Below, piece by piece: positions 62,151 through 64,000 of a stretch of 64,000 nucleotides of DNA. The notes beneath the pieces are model-generated. The model searched no databases and was not told the origin of the DNA. It saw only the letters and a program-made list of their open reading frames with translations. The position numbers and the translations under genes are program-made. The DNA comes from Methanobacteriota archaeon (lineage in GTDB: Archaea; Thermoplasmatota; Poseidoniia; Poseidoniales; Thalassarchaeaceae): the NCBI GenBank assembly GCA_002727275.1, contig PBWO01000019.1, positions 15,260 to 79,259 on the forward strand, read 5' to 3'. How positions within the stretch are numbered: position 1 is the first letter of the stretch; each line of letters begins with the position of its first letter.

Positions 62151-62852
62151 ATGTCAAGACATCCTGGTACAGATCCACCTGAATTTGAAACAATAATTCA
62201 CGGATTTGAGGGTAACAATGTGCTCTTGGAGTCGACATACTGCTATCCACGCGGAGGAGGACAACCGGGAGATACTGGAGTATTGGTTACTAAATCCACT
62301 CAAATGGACTTGCATGAGGTTTTACCCGGACAAATGATACTACACCCAGTGGAAGATCCTGATGTATTTGGCATCGGCGATTCTGTGACTTGTAAAATCG
62401 ATATAAGTCGTAGAAATGGACATTCATTGATGCATACAGCTCAGCACATAGTATCTGCTCTTGCCGAAGATTTGTGGGGGGCAGAAACAGTCGGGAATCA
62501 ACTATCTGTAGAAAGTTCCCGAGTCGATCTTTTGTTCGAAGATAAGGAAGTATTTGATCCGGACGAACTGGTAAACGCCACCAATGCAGTAATTTCCTCA
62601 AACTTGGATGTCAATATTCACGAATGGGAAAGATCTAGGATTATTTCTCATGAACAGATGAGGCATACAAAATTCATGCACAGAATCCCTTCATCGATTA
62701 CACACCTGAGAGTAGTAGAGATCGACGGGGTTGATTTGTGCCCCTGTGCAGGAACTCATGTGTCAAATACCTCAGTGATACCCCAAATCAAATTCCTAGG
62801 AAAGAAGAACAAGGGCAAGGGTAGGATTAGATTTTCTTATGTCTTTGAATAA
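62151..62852 (+). CDS. alaX: Free-standing alanyl-tRNA editing protein AlaX
   Basis: YPRGGGQPGDTG, HTAQH, CAGTHV. Confidence 0.92.
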   Translation: MSRHPGTDPPEFETIIHGFEGNNVLLESTYCYPRGGGQPGDTGVLVTKSTQMDLHEVLPGQMILHPVEDPDVFGIGDSVTCKIDISRRNGHSLMHTAQHIVSALAEDLWGAETVGNQLSVESSRVDLLFEDKEVFDPDELVNATNAVISSNLDVNIHEWERSRIISHEQMRHTKFMHRIPSSITHLRVVEIDGVDLCPCAGTHVSNTSVIPQIKFLGKKNKGKGRIRFSYVFE

Positions 62853-62876
62853 CTGTAATTATTTATTCAATTCTAT

Positions 62877-62952
62877 TGGTGGGCTCGGCAGGAATTGAAC
62901 CTGCGATCTTCGCCATGTCAAGGCGACGTCATAACCCCTAGACCACGAGCCC
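62877..62952 (-). tRNA. tRNA-Val(GAC), intronless, CCA encoded
   Basis: GGGCTCG/CGAGCCC acceptor stem, TCGCC-TTGACAT-GGCGA anticodon arm, GGTTCAATTCC T-arm, ACCA end. Confidence 0.96.
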
Positions 62953-62991
62953 GCAACGTTAGGACGAGGCGGATACAAATGAAACATTCTG

Positions 62992-63141
62992 TCATGATAC
63001 GATCTTTGAAATTGTGCAATCACACCCAGGATTAGAACAGATACCTCTCAATCTACTCCTTCCATTACTCATAGCTATGATTCTGGAGTCCCTAACTGAC
63101 ACATTTTCCTTGCATCTCATGCAGTATGCAGTATCGCCCAT
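62992..63141 (-). CDS. 49-aa DUF5679-like zinc-ribbon protein (not in ORF track)
   Basis: Manual translation: MGDTAYCMRCKENVSVRDSRIIAMSNGRSRLRGICSNPGCDCTISKIVS*; AYCxxCK..M.NGR...G.C pattern. Confidence 0.8.
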   Translation of the reverse strand: MGDTAYCMRCKENVSVRDSRIIAMSNGRSRLRGICSNPGCDCTISKIVS

Positions 63142-63259
63142 GAAAGTTTGATTGCGCGTATGCTATTGAACCCATTTGGTAGGGCATATTATGCTGAATT
63201 ATCGAATTATTTGGAAAAGGCTACACTGCAAGGCTATTGCATTGTATATTGCAATTTTT

Positions 63260-63287
63260 ATTTCCGATAACTATTGTTATCGGCAAG
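63260..63287. other. Putative dif-like Xer recombination site
   Basis: ATTTCCGATAA-CTATTG-TTATCGGCAAG: inverted arms, ATAA-N6-TTAT core, within an AT-rich intergenic region. Confidence 0.5.
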
Positions 63288-63424
63288 ATATGTTGCGATA
63301 ATTGAGTGACGGATCACAAATATTCTGGATAGTAGAAATTTAAGTGAATATATTTATTGAATTACGATAAAAATTGTTTATTATTGTTTAAAGTGCAATA
63401 ATTGATTACAAACTAATTATAAGA

Positions 63425-64000
63425 TTATACAATAACACCGGAAATGATACTATGCGAGAATGGATTCTCTCCTGGCGTCTGACACCACCCATCTACGTCA
63501 CTTGACCAAACAACATTCAGATTAGCCGAGTCGCCTACAGAGATTCTACCAGTGATTCCTTCATCAGAGAGTGTGGTGGCTGGATTGCATGTGCTAGCAA
63601 TTAGTGCAGCTAATGGATCTAGCCCCATCCTAGTACAACAAATATTGGCAACCAATGGTAATGAAAGAATGCGACAGTTAGGATTGAAGTCTGTTGCCAG
63701 AGAGAAAGCCCAATTGTTTTCTATGCATTCTGTAAATGGTAAATCTAAGGCGCTCCCCAATACGTATGGAGTACCAGGTAGGAAAGTCTGCATTGTGCCT
63801 GCATCTGAAGCCTTCTGTCTCGAATCGGGATTAGACATAGCAACATGGTCGGCACTAACAGAACCTAGTTCTGCAGCAAGTGCCAAACCATCACTATCTA
63901 CAAACTCATCAACATGTAATCTAGAATCGAGGCCATATTCCTTAGCATGATTGGCAATCAATTCAGTTTCTTCATTGGTATACCATCCATCTTCACAGAA
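63425..64000 (-). CDS. hutI: Imidazolonepropionase, C-terminal part (5' end outside window)
   Basis: FCEDGWY, LHVDEF, SADH, LPGT, LATDFNP motifs; near hutU/hutH. Confidence 0.9.
   Translation of the reverse strand, partial: FCEDGWYTNEETELIANHAKEYGLDSRLHVDEFVDSDGLALAAELGSVSADHVAMSNPDSRQKASDAGTMQTFLPGTPYVLGSALDLPFTECIENNWAFSLATDFNPNCRILSLPLVANICCTRMGLDPLAALIASTCNPATTLSDEGITGRISVGDSANLNVVWSSDVDGWCQTPGENPFSHSIISGVIV

Noticed and set aside
62853-62952. tRNA-Val as an integration site for a mobile element
   Set aside because: No integrase and no duplicated tRNA 3' end seen in the window; flanks are metabolic genes
63191-63301. 36-codon plus-strand ORF in the AT-rich intergenic region
   Set aside because: No SD or recognisable motif; overlaps the dif-like site
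63180-63424. Replication origin
   Set aside because: No adjacent cdc6/orc1 and no ORB-like TTCCAGTGGAAA/G-string repeats visible

Overview
Gene-dense core-genome segment of a marine euryarchaeon, most likely Marine Group II (Ca. Poseidoniales, Thermoplasmatota). The assignment is inferred from archaeal information-processing genes (SRP54, RfcL, exosome/proteasome operon, uS12-uS7-aEF2, TiaS, PriS, MBF1-PAN) mixed with bacterial-type metabolism (futalosine mqnE/A/D, split transketolase, gmhA/B, hut pathway, IDI1-GGPPS fusion). About 63 CDSs and one tRNA-Val(GAC) were found; no CRISPR array, transposase or integrase was seen. Main points of interest: (1) a stand-alone half-length homolog of eukaryotic deoxyhypusine hydroxylase, with the SVDPAP linker and two HE motifs 33 aa apart, directly behind mqnD; (2) a 1763-aa Lhr helicase with an apparent tandem duplication of an AlkZ/HTH_42-like domain; (3) a dif-like ATAA-N6-TTAT palindrome in an AT-rich intergenic at the end of an apparent GC decline; (4) an in-frame TAG in dph6 that is one of four suspicious G>T changes at conserved residues; (5) a 49-aa DUF5679-like zinc-ribbon gene absent from the ORF track. 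All family calls come from motif recognition, not database searches.
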